Source: Pelomyxa schiedti (lineage: Eukaryota > Protista > Evosea). From it: a stretch of 49,252 bases of DNA. Below the pieces are notes generated by a model. That model saw only the letters and a program-made list of their open reading frames with translations, was not told the DNA's origin and ran no database searches. The position numbers and the translations under genes were made by a program. The DNA lies in assembly GCA_020536535.1 (NCBI GenBank), contig JAHLWZ010000589.1:1-49252 (forward strand). The letters run 5' to 3'. Every line of letters begins with the position of its first letter. The first letter of the stretch is position 1. Of this stretch, positions 35,859 through 46,381 are shown piece by piece.

Positions 35859-38043
35859 ATGAGTGGGTCAACATCCTCAGATGAAGAGGTTCAGGCAACT
35901 CCTATTGTAATTGTTGCTGGGCCAGACCTTGACACTGGTACCTGGGTTTTTATTTTTAAATAAGTACTGGCAGAGTGGAATCTAACACAGACATATCAGA
36001 CTTCACTTCAAAGTCTCATTTACTTGTCGACGGGAAGGAAGCCAGTATAGCCTTTCTGAGAGAATACTTCAGGAATGGAAAGGTTAATGCTTGAGTGTCT
36101 TTCTCGTTTTCTTAAACACACTAGGATGCAGTGAGGGCCGATAGAACTGTCAGAAACAAGCAAGGGTACCTGTCACTCTCTGGAGTGTACTTGAAACAGT
36201 TCCTTCGTAAGCACAGGGGAGACGCCGGCGCTGCAACTGTCATCCACTATTTCAATGACGCTACGGCCGCGGTCTATGACCGGGCAGTTGCAACTGCTTC
36301 AATTCTGCTAATCAGCACCACTCTCATGCCCACTTGGAGCTTTGTTGAGTCGCTGGCTGATAGAGCAAAGAGAATCAATCCAACTATCACGGTTATCGCT
36401 GGTGGTGTAAGTGTATACAAGTAAGTACCTGTGGCCGATTTCTTTACTGGTTTTAAGTATGCTTCAGGATTGCCAAGGCGAGGAAGATGCTAGACGCCGG
36501 CCTTTTTGAGGCAACACCCAAGCTTAGGGAGTTCTGGAAGTTTCTTATGAAACCGTACCAATCCAAAATTGACTTCGCAATTGCAAGTGTAGCCGGTGAA
36601 CAGACTTTGTTAACACTCATGGACTATTTGGAGCAGGTACGGATCTGTTTGTACTGGAAGTGAGTCTAACTTATGTCAAGGGATCTGATGCCTGGAAAAG
36701 TATGCAAAATGTGATATGGTACGATCCTTCTGTTGGAGATTTTCACATGAATGAGCGTGAGTCAACTACACCTGAGTCCGAACTTAGTAATGATTCAATT
36801 TCATTAGTTGTGGAAGAAAAGTCTTCAGACTGTGAGGTTGATTGGTCACAAGAAAAGTGCCCTGAAGGGAGTATTTATCCAGTGCAGGCCGGACAAGGAT
36901 GCCCATACAAGTAAGTGAACTCTGTGGTGACACTGGGTGTAACATTAGTATTTTTCAGGTGTGGTTTCTGCGACTTTGTAGCACTAGAACCCGTTGTATA
37001 TAGATGTAATACAACAGCTGTAATGAACACTGTGAGAAGCATACCCTTATACAATGGGCATAGACGAGTAAGCTTGTCTGTTTCTTTCCAATTCTCTAAG
37101 CTATTTAAGGTATGGTTCACTAACGATAACTTGTTGGTCACCCGCTCAGTGGCAGTGAATTTCCTAACGGAACTCATTCGACAAGATTTGCACTGTCGAT
37201 GGTACTCCTTTTTGAGGTTAGTTAACTAGGCAAGGATTAATAGTCAGTACTAACATACCAACTTAAGACTTGACGCTGTTGCCGATGCGGAACTGGCCGA
37301 TTTAATTGCTCGATCAGGTTGTGAAAGGGCCAATTTTGGATTGGAGAGTGGAGATCAAACAATTCTTGACAATATGGAAAAGCATTGCCGCGTTGAGGTT
37401 ACCTACCTTGCCTTGTATATTGTGACTTAATCTCATTAGGACATTCCACGTGGTATCAATTTCCTCCTGGAAAGGAACATAATTGTGCGTGTGTCCGTAA
37501 TTGTTGGATACCCAGGAGAGACAAAGGAAACTATCATGAAGACAGTTAAACTTGTCAATAGTATCCAAGATACTGGAGTGTTCGAGGTGAAGGTAAGAGC
37601 TCTTGTGATTCGCAAAAAAAAAGCTTCCACTCATACTTCCCAAAGGTGTTCCCGCTTGGCATTTTCCCAATGGCGCCCATCTCAACTCGCCAACAGAGGC
37701 AACGATGGGGATTGCAAGGAATAGGACTTGTGTGGAAACATGATACAATGACGTCGACGGAGGCGGCCTTCTATGCTGACAAGTTTGACGACTGGATCAG
37801 GCCCACAATAGGCTCCGTATACTGCGCCGAGAACTGCTTCTTCTTTGATGTTGCGGACCCCGCAGCCAGAAGGACAGTGATAATACTCAGAAACATGGTA
37901 CCACTTTCCGCCCCGAGTTTGCCTGGAATCGGCTAACAAACTCAAAGCTGAGGAGGCGCTCAAGGGGCAACAGAGAAGACGGGGATCCAAGGACTGACGA
38001 GCAACTCTGGACAGCCCTTGAGGAAGTTTTGACTTCGAACTGA
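35859..38043 (+). CDS. Cobalamin (B12)-binding radical SAM enzyme, class B methyltransferase / PhpK-BchE-like, with about 10 spliceosomal introns
   Basis: B12-domain-like region LSGVYLKQFLRKH...LLISTTLM...AKRINPTITVIAGG, plus AGEQTL. The CxxxCxxC motif is split by an intron (QGCPYK/CGFC). Further motifs: WFTNDN, SGCERANFGLESGDQTILDNMEK, IVGYPGET and a C-terminal GLQGIGLVWKHDTM. Stop TGA 38041-38043. Confidence 0.88.
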
Positions 38044-38153
38044 ACACGTCGTACAGCTCAACACCACGCTTTTAAATGTTTGTGTGAATTAAAACTTTTT
38101 GATTTCGCCTGAAGCGTTCCTTTCATTGTTTGCCCTGTACCACACTCTTGTAC

Positions 38154-41100
38154 TCAAGCACTTGATTCCCCTTTGTTCCAATCTGCGCTCCCAGTGCTTT
38201 TCTCCAAAATGAAGCCTACGGCGAGAATCTGAAAGATTTTTGGTGCCGACCACAGCAGCCAACTTCAAAAGGTCAAACAAAAAGAATACAAGCAGATGTT
38301 CACCATCCCGTGAACTCACTCTTTTCTTTTCTTAGCTCTGCCTTTAGCTTTGACTTTTGGTTTTGGTGTATGGGCAGAAGCACAAGTGGATGTCTGTTTT
38401 GGGAGGAGTTTATTGAGAAAGGTCGAGAGTGAGGTGGGTGAAAAGTGTGAGAGTGGAATTTGCATTGCACTCAGCTGAGTACTTATTGACGGAATTTGCT
38501 CCTCCCTTGTGACAACTACAGTCTTCCTTGCATCAGGGTGCAGGAACTGCAAAAAGTACTGATTGAATACTTGTTGAAGTCTCTCCTCTGACGTGTTCTC
38601 AAAGACTGACTGCGGGAACATGTTAAGGGAAAAAAAGGAGTATCTGGTGCATACCAAAATGTGTGCGGTTTGGTTCTCAATACTGCCGTATCCATCAAAA
38701 ATGCACTCAAGTGACGTGGTGGCTAGAAGCGGGAGTGTCGATTGTAGTGAATAGAAGAATGACAACCGGCATGTCCTGTCAATTTGGTTGGGAAATAAAA
38801 AAAAAAAGAACTACTCCATACTTGGCTATCTCGACACTGAGTAAGTCAGGCCATTGGCTTGGCAAACTTTCGAGAATTGAGTAGAATTCTGCCAAAGCGC
38901 GGTCTACTGCCGAACAGTTGTCAAGTGAGTAGCAAATGGTGCTACGGATGGTATCATATTCTAGATTGCCCTCATATGCAAGTCCCATTCCTCTTATCTG
39001 TTGGGAAGGCCATGGCAATTAATCTTTAAACTGTATTAGAAAAATAGGGAAGTTGCATGGCATGCCTTTCTATAAAGAGGTCCCTCGGAGCAGCTTAAAA
39101 TGTCACACCACAGCATGCAAAGAATGGCATCATCACTGTTCCGCGGTATTGAGCATGAGACATATTGCCGCACAAAGGAAGAATCAACACCAGATATAGG
39201 TAGGATTACACCTCTTGGAATTACTGAGGGATAGGTTTCAGTGCGATGGGATAATGGAAAGGTTCCAGGATTCTTTCGTGAATCTTTAACAACAGCTGCC
39301 CACTGTTTGGCGAAAGGCAACACAGGATCTTTAAAGAGCTCTGGTACAATGAATTGCACTGCCATTGGTGCAGATTTGAAAACGTATGCTCGAATTTCAT
39401 TGAGAATAGAAATAATGGGAGCTGCTGAAGTTTCCATTGCTCCCTCGGCTTTGCTGAGGACACTCAGCTGAGAAACTGCACTTGTGCACAGGTTCATAAC
39501 AGAGGGACGAGATAGAACCATCCCTACTGCAGTGCATAAGTCTGCACCTTCCTCAAGACTGTCTTCAGCTTCTGACATAACATTTTCTATTGAATTTGAG
39601 ACCACATAGCCAGAAAACGAGACTCCGGATACGATGTCGATTATCCATCTTACCAGCAATGAGTATTTACTGGGTTCAGAAATCGCCTCTAGGCAAATGT
39701 AATTCGAGTCAAAATCACCGAGAAAACTTGAACAGTCCATTCCAATTCCAGAAAGTATAGATACCTACAAAAATAGTGAACTGGTGTGTGAAGCATAAGC
39801 ACACATACGAGATCTTGCGTCATCAACTCCTCCACCTGGTCGCTGGAGATAAATTTGCCATAAGACCTCTGTACAGATGATACCACAAGGAGATCTTGAA
39901 AAAGTGGAAGATATGGCTTGAGATGATCCTCAAGGTGGTTTGTGTTGAAGAGCAATTGAACTTTCACAAATGGAGTATTGGCTGTGACGACCTATAAAGT
40001 ACGGTTACAGAGGCCGCGTTCGACTCGAGAAAGAAATACCTGATGCCGAAAGGGGAATGTGGGTGAAGAAGTTGAATTGAAGACAACAGCCGGGAAAGGA
40101 GTTATGCCTTTCATAAACCTTGGCAGAGGGACAGGACACAAGCAGGGTGGCACATTTTCCATCGTAAATTTAGACAGCAAAAATGTATTCGAGTTCTTAG
40201 ATTCCAATGCCTCCTGCAATGCCTTCGTTTGGGCAGAAATACCATCAGCCCCCAGTTTCTTGCGTATGGCAGCCTTCGAGTTCGGTGTATTACTGGCTCT
40301 GGTATTTGAGGAATTTGTGGGTATGACTATTGACTCTCCATAAGGCTTGTCAATAAGCCACTTGTCCAACAAATCAACCCAAAACAGAGAGGATTTCCCC
40401 ATCAGCTCTTGCATTACAGCTTCTAAATTCAATCGCTCTTCAAGTCTATTAAGAGTAACACCTTCAGGACACACAGCACGGTATGTTGATTCCACTTCCA
40501 GCAGTTCCATCAATGTTTCATGAGGTTCTTCTTCTATTTCTTTAAGGAAATCTAGGTAGTAAGATTTCGTGAGCTCAACCATGTCAACGTCACCTCGGGC
40601 AATGCTAGCTCTAAACTGTTTCATAACCTCCTGAAATTTGTGTTGCAAGACGCCTGGTCCCCTTGGATCACACCACTTATCAGAGTTCACAGAGTTTCGT
40701 TTCTCGGGATCTTTTGGTGGTTTGTGGGCTTCTCGAACTCCAGTGAATTGGCACTCAAGGCAACAGGTCTTAGTAAGCTCCAGAGTTACATCAGCAGTGA
40801 GGGCTAGGGCTATCTCTTCTTCTCTTTCCACAAATCGCTTTGCCAAAGGAGAGGAAGAATCCTCACTTAAATAGTCAAAGAGTACATATAACGCATTTTG
40901 TGAAACTGTGTCCCACCACTCTGGGCCCTGGTAGCAGATTGAAACAGTGGCACCATTTCCAGACGAGCTTGCTTGACCTTTCTGCCTCTTTTGAACAGAA
41001 AAAGAATTCACTGTTGAAGAACTGGACAAGAGCGGGGGGGTTGCAGATAACCAAGCAGGTGGACTTGCCAAAGTGGAGGTGATGTTAGGGGTTGCTTCTC

Positions 41101-42052
41101 GCAAGGACCTGTCCACAGCTTCAAGGATAGTACTTTCCTCAACATTTCCCATGATAATAATTGTTATCTTCCCAGCTTGGTAAAACTGTCTGTGAAATTC
41201 CACAATATCATCGTGCCTAAATGGAAAAAAGCCATTAACTACTCAAAAGTTCAATTTGTCTGATACCTTACTGTGGTTATATAATGTGGAAGTCCCACTG
41301 CGTCAACACCACAGCCACTTCCCCTGAAGGCTAGCTCCTTTGCCTTTCTGGTACAAAATTCATCTTGTGTCTCTTCGCAGGCCTCACACCATACAACACC
41401 TCCTTCACTTCCATCCCCTGCCAAATGGTAAATTTCAGATACCATTTCCTCAGGTCTAAGAGTAGGGTTCAGCACATGGTCAATAAGCGCTGGCAACAGG
41501 TCTGCAACAAAGTCCCCAACACACTCAATTTCAAAAGTTGTTCTGTCCTTCACAGTTTTCAATACAACTTCACAGCCATTAATCAACAATAACGGTATCA
41601 AATAAATAAAACAATCTCAACTACAAAGCAATCAAGCACACGCTGCTTAGGAATGACCAACAAAACCACAAAACGCTGGGCACAGTAGCCAATAGCCAAT
41701 AACCAAGAGACATCGACGGCACCGACATCGGCGTTCAAGAACCAGAATGAGAAACATTACCTGGCAGGTAGTTGCGTTGGTGCCGTCGTAGGCGCCGCAG
41801 CGGGCAGCGAGCGTGTCCATGTACCCCCGCTGCGGGCACCCCCTGCTCCCCAGGAACGCCATGTGCTCCACGCAGTGCGCCAGCCCCCGGTCGTCCGCCG
41901 GCTCCGTCGGCACCACCACCGACACCCGCACCAGCGGCGTCGCCAGCCTCGCCGTCACCACCCCCGCCCCGGTGCCCACGTGGCGGTACCGCGCCACCGC
42001 CGCCCCCAGCGGCCCGAACCGCGCCGTCTCCTCCACCACGAACGCCGCGGGC
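38154..42052 (-). CDS. M16 (insulinase) family zinc metallopeptidase, M16C-like; 5' end lost in the gap, 3' end uncertain
   Basis: PTEPADDRGLAHCVEHMAFLGS carries HxxEH. Also GTNATT, DHVLNPTL, GGVVWCE (distal Glu ligand), FHRQFYQAGKITIIIMG and GPLYR/QIRGMGLAY. Confidence 0.85.
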
Positions 42053-42152
42053 NNNNNNNNNNNNNNNNNNNNNNNNNNNNNNNNNNNNNNNNNNNNNNNN
42101 NNNNNNNNNNNNNNNNNNNNNNNNNNNNNNNNNNNNNNNNNNNNNNNNNNNN
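42053..42152. other. Scaffold gap (100 N)
   Basis: N-run next to a very GC-rich exon. Confidence 0.95.
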
Positions 42153-42273
42153 TGCCTCACCTCAATTTATCCAATAACTAAACAGGGTCTACTCGCTTCA
42201 GTACTTGGGACTTTGGGGGTCAAGAAATATATTACCCAACACACCAGGTTCGTTCCTTTTTACAAAACTTCAT
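42153..42273 (+). repeat. Exact 121-bp copy of 2533-2653 (Roc-domain exon [20 protein letters not shown] plus flanking intron bases)
   Basis: Base-for-base identity from tgcctcacctcaat to caaaacttcat, then abrupt divergence. Confidence 0.9.
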
Positions 42274-42288
42274 CTCTTTGTATTGTAG

Positions 42289-44182
42289 GGCGGGACCACA
42301 GCTACCAGTTGACGTTATTGGGAATTCAGAATCCAAACAAGAACTTGAAGTCATAGATTGGACAAGTTCATCATGGGAAATGATACACAGAAGGTTGTCA
42401 ATCAAGTTCAAGCCGAAAACGAAGAGGTTTTATGAACTTATATTCTTTTTTTCCATCCCTTAAGTATCATTAGATTAGCCTTAAAAAAGACAGTCAATAT
42501 CTTCTCATCAGAGTTGCTGAGTTTAAACGGATGGAGCACTCAGACGACTGCTCTCTCACTGTAACTCCAAGTGGCTCATTATGTCTCTGTTCATGCACAG
42601 TGGGCAGGAAATCGTCGGTTGATTTAGCAATAAATGGTATTCTATTTACTTCATCCAACCAAAAACAACCAAAAACAAGGGAACTGAGTGTGAGGAGGGG
42701 GTGTGAAGGCTGCTCTTCCGTTATTTCCAGAAGTAATCTTGAGGCTTTTTCTTCCTGCAGCACTGGCATTCATATACTCAGTAAGTGTAAATGCTCGTTT
42801 CACCTAAGTCTCATAGAATCTTAGCACTGTCCCCTACGAGAATCACCCTTTCGTCAACTCCTTTTCCGAGTGTTTTGAAAACATTTGCAATTCCAGCGGT
42901 TGAAACGGCCATAGAACCTAACACAAAAAGGGGGCGTTCAAATGCTTATACAGGCAGTGTCAGCTCCCTTCCCACTCAGTCCTCATCTCCTGTAGCACCC
43001 TCTCAGAGCACTCACCTTCCCACATTGACATTGATTCCATTGCAGGACCAGACCACGGAACAGGAGGAACCCATCTCCCAGCCGGCTGTTGATACAACTA
43101 CAGCAAAGCCCGGCGGTGGGGGCCCGTGCAGCGACAGCAGCGGAACAACCACCCCCGACACTGAAGCACCCATTGTTGATTTTATGGTTGGCAACCTCCT
43201 TAAGGATGCCAGGGTTCCATGTGTTGCTGCAGAGACTACGCAGGGCCCCAGCCAAGCAGAGGTATCTTGTTGCCATCTCCCCATCCCTATTACCTACCAA
43301 TCACCACCCTTTCTACTCTTCTTTTTTGTTCTCTTGACTAATTACTTTCTTTCCATCTGGCAGATTGTACAGCTCCAAATAAGGAACACTTATGTGAAAT
43401 TGCTGGAGAGTATGGCTTCGTGTGCCAACGCAGTAAAGAAACTCCAGAGGCATATAAAACTGGAGGTGGAGCTACGGCAGTGGTCGATAAAGCTCTGGGG
43501 GTTGATGCCAAGTGTGTGGCTTGAGATATTGCAAATGGCTCAGGAGACTCAAGGTTGGTTGCAGCTTGTGTGCAGCTTCATTGTTCAGACGGGAGAGTGG
43601 TTTGAGGAGGCTGCCACAGCCCTCAGCAACACCAGCCGCAGCCCAACAGATTCTTCTCACAGCAGTGTGAAACCCGCACCAGTGTTTGTTGATTACATCA
43701 TGGACGCCCCAGAAATGGTTCACGGCGTACCTGTCTCTGTGCACAGGTATCTCTCACAGGTGGTGCATCCAACATCTTCTGAGGCCTCCTCATCTTCCCC
43801 TACTTCTTCCTCCCCTCCAGTCCTCCTCCAGGTTTGTGTTGTGTTCTTTTCGTTTTCTTGACTTCTTTCTGCAAAGAGGTACACTGAAAACCAAGTTAAG
43901 AGCATGCGTGGTGCCGTCAACCCTCTGCTTGCTATCCTTCCGGAATCACTTGATGGGTTGGACGTGCTTTGCAACAATGTAGCCGAAGCCATAAAGAGCG
44001 TTGCCTATCTGGACACCAGCACCGAAGGCAGAGAAACCACTCGCGAGGAGCTCCTATCACCTGTATTGAAGCATTGCATAGAGCTGAGAACCAAGTTACA
44101 GTCCATCCTTCTGCTGTACAAGCAAGTGGAGGTGTTGCAACAGATCAACAAGACTTTGTCAGACAACAAGCCAAACACATGA
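42289..44182 (+). CDS. Hypothetical multi-exon protein, 3' part only, with helical/coiled C-terminal segments
   Basis: GT-AG-linked open exons (ORFs 42278..42463, 42531..42824, 42791..43861, 43904..44182). No recognisable family; the start is not visible. Confidence 0.55.
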
Positions 44183-44689
44183 GAATGACAAAGCCACCCC
44201 CACCTTTCAAAAGCAAAGTACACCGGAGTGCAAGTCAAATGAGAAAAACAGAATTTTTTTAGTGAGCAAGGCAGCGTGAAGCGGCCCGATTTTGCCGGGA
44301 TTTGTCGATGTTTTGTGCCGCGGGGCGGTTGCCGCGGAGCCGCGGCGGCAGCGCGGCGTGTGTGTTCGTTGAATCGGGTCTCGCCGCGGCTGCGCGGTCT
44401 TGTCATAAATGGCATGTTTGGGGTTGTGGAGACTGTGCAGTGACTTGCCTCTTTTGTTTATCTCCACTACCATCAAAAAAATCGCTGCTACGAGGGGAGA
44501 CCATGCCGCCCTGGGGTGAAGAGAGGAACAAGCGGTACCCGCCTTGTCTCTTCCATCACGTCGTGCCATCTAATATTAATTGTTTTATTTCTGAATCAAT
44601 TAAATTAATTTTATATATATTAAATATTTAATATATTTTATTTATTAATTATTTATTATTAATTTAATTAAAAGTAATTTTTTGCGCAT

Positions 44690-45570
44690 TTACGCCCTGT
44701 AATAAGGTAATAAGGCCTACAGCATTGCCGCACCCATTTAATGTATTTTCGAGCCTTCCACTGGTATGTGGCTTCTTGTTTCTTTGTTTTCTTTTTCCCA
44801 CTATCATTCCAGCGGGCAAGGTAAATTCCATCTGTTCTTTCAGCACTGGGACACTAAGAAGGATGTATGCTTTTTTTTTTTTTTTACACTTAGGTAGTTA
44901 ACCTGCCTGCCGCTGCTGACATGACAACCACCGACGTATATCCTTCTCCTTTTTTGTCATTGCTGAACAGTTGTAGGTACCGGACTGACCAACCCCAACT
45001 TCCCTTACCCACTCTCCCGCTTTTCCGCTTTCCAACTACCACACTTTACTGTGACGGGTGCACAACCAGGCCCAAATTTCCCTTCTTACTCTTTCACTCT
45101 CATGTGTACCCACAACGCCCACTTCTCTCCAAAATGTGGATGTAAAAAAACGTGGCACGATTTTGTATCCAAGGACTTAAGGGCAGAAAACTTTTTTTTT
45201 TTGCCTGAAGTCGATTTTCGACTTCAGGCTTGTACATAGAGGTGTGAGGTGAGGATGGTGAGAGTGAGTGTGAGGTCGGTCTGGTACCTAGTACTTTGAG
45301 TGGGATGACTTTGAGGGATGTACGTTGGCGGTTGCCATCTGGTGCAGCTGTTAAAAAAAAACTACATACCACCGTGCCAGTATAATAAAATACAGAAGGA
45401 AGTTACCTAGCCAGCTGGGATTACAGACACCACGTCCGGCACCTAAATTATCCTACGTGAGAAAACGAAGAAAGAAGAAGCCACATACTGGTGGAAAGCT
45501 GCCGTAAATACTGGTGTAATGCGGAGACTTCTAATACAGGTTGAATGGAAAAAAGAACTGGAGGCGTAAT
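44690..45570. repeat. Degenerate ~200-bp inverted repeat pair (about 44690-44890 / 45345-45570) between AT-rich blocks; MITE-like or inverted duplication
   Basis: Reverse complement of 44756-44792 (agaaaacaaagaaacaagaagccacataccagtggaa) versus 45460-45496 (agaaaacgaagaaagaagaagccacatactggtggaa) matches at 33/37. An inner block also matches: acagatggaatttaccttgcccgctggaatgatag versus acagaaggaagttacctagccagctgggattacag. Confidence 0.7.
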
Positions 45571-45620
45571 TAAAATTATTTAATAATGATAATGAATAAT
45601 TATTAAATTTAAATTATTAT

Positions 45621-45812
45621 TTATTAAATTAATAATAAAGAAGTTAATACATTATAATTATTTAAAAATAAATTCATTATTAAATAATGAAAATATAAAT
45701 ATGATAATGAAAATAAAGAAGTTAATACAGAATAATGATTTAATGTTTTTATTATTATTATTAAATTAATAATAAAGAAGTTAATACATTATAATTATTT
45801 AAAAATAAATTC
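45621..45812. repeat. AT-rich block containing an exact 55-bp direct repeat (45621-45675 = 45758-45812) and a partial third copy near 45712
   Basis: ttattaaattaataataaagaagttaatacattataattatttaaaaataaattc occurs twice. Confidence 0.85.
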
Positions 45813-46182
45813 GTTAAATAATAAAATCAAAAACACTCCGATAGATAAAATAATCACAAGTTGTGGCGAAGAAGACAACAAAAAGCAAATGGGTACTGCT
45901 TGTCCACTGCTTGTTCCTCTTCACGCCACTGGCATGGCCTCCCCTCGTCGATTTTTTTTTGTGGTTCTAGCGATAATCAAAAGACACAAGCCACTGAACA
46001 ATTTATGTCAAGGCCGCGCAGAGGCAACTTTGTCGGAATCCCGAGAAGACCAGGGGCAGTAGAACTTTGCAACCATTCACAACTGCAAAGGGATTAACTT
46101 GGTACTGGGTGATATAACAGAAACACACAAAGCAGCAAGTCACCCAGAGCCGATGGCCCAGTCAATCAGAGCAGTCCATAAT

Positions 46183-46240
46183 GCAACTGGTAACAGGACA
46201 GTTGCGAAATTGCCAACTGGTAACAGGACAGTTGCAAAAT
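46183..46240. repeat. 30-bp tandem duplication of a small hairpin unit (CAACTG-gtaacagga-CAGTTG)
   Basis: caactggtaacaggacagttgc occurs at 46184 and 46214. Confidence 0.8.
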
Positions 46241-46381
46241 CTAAACTTCATTAGCTCACACAAGAAAAATTTCTCTAACACACCACAAATTAACATCAAA
46301 TTCGTATGAAGTCTGCCTGAAGGAACAGCAGAAACCTAGCAATGAGTTAATAATTAGTAATAACTAATGAGTTAGTTTTGG

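Noticed and set aside
26812-38043. A single horizontally transferred prokaryotic island or operon (NapH-like, GH63, radical SAM)
   Set aside because: These genes are interleaved with eukaryotic genes (Myb, coiled-coil protein) and differ in intron content, so independent acquisitions are more likely.
41735-42356. ORFs spanning the N-run
   Set aside because: Artefacts of translating through Ns and GC-rich antisense sequence.
46183-46240. CRISPR-like repeat
   Set aside because: Only two adjacent units with no unique spacer, no cas genes, and a eukaryotic context.
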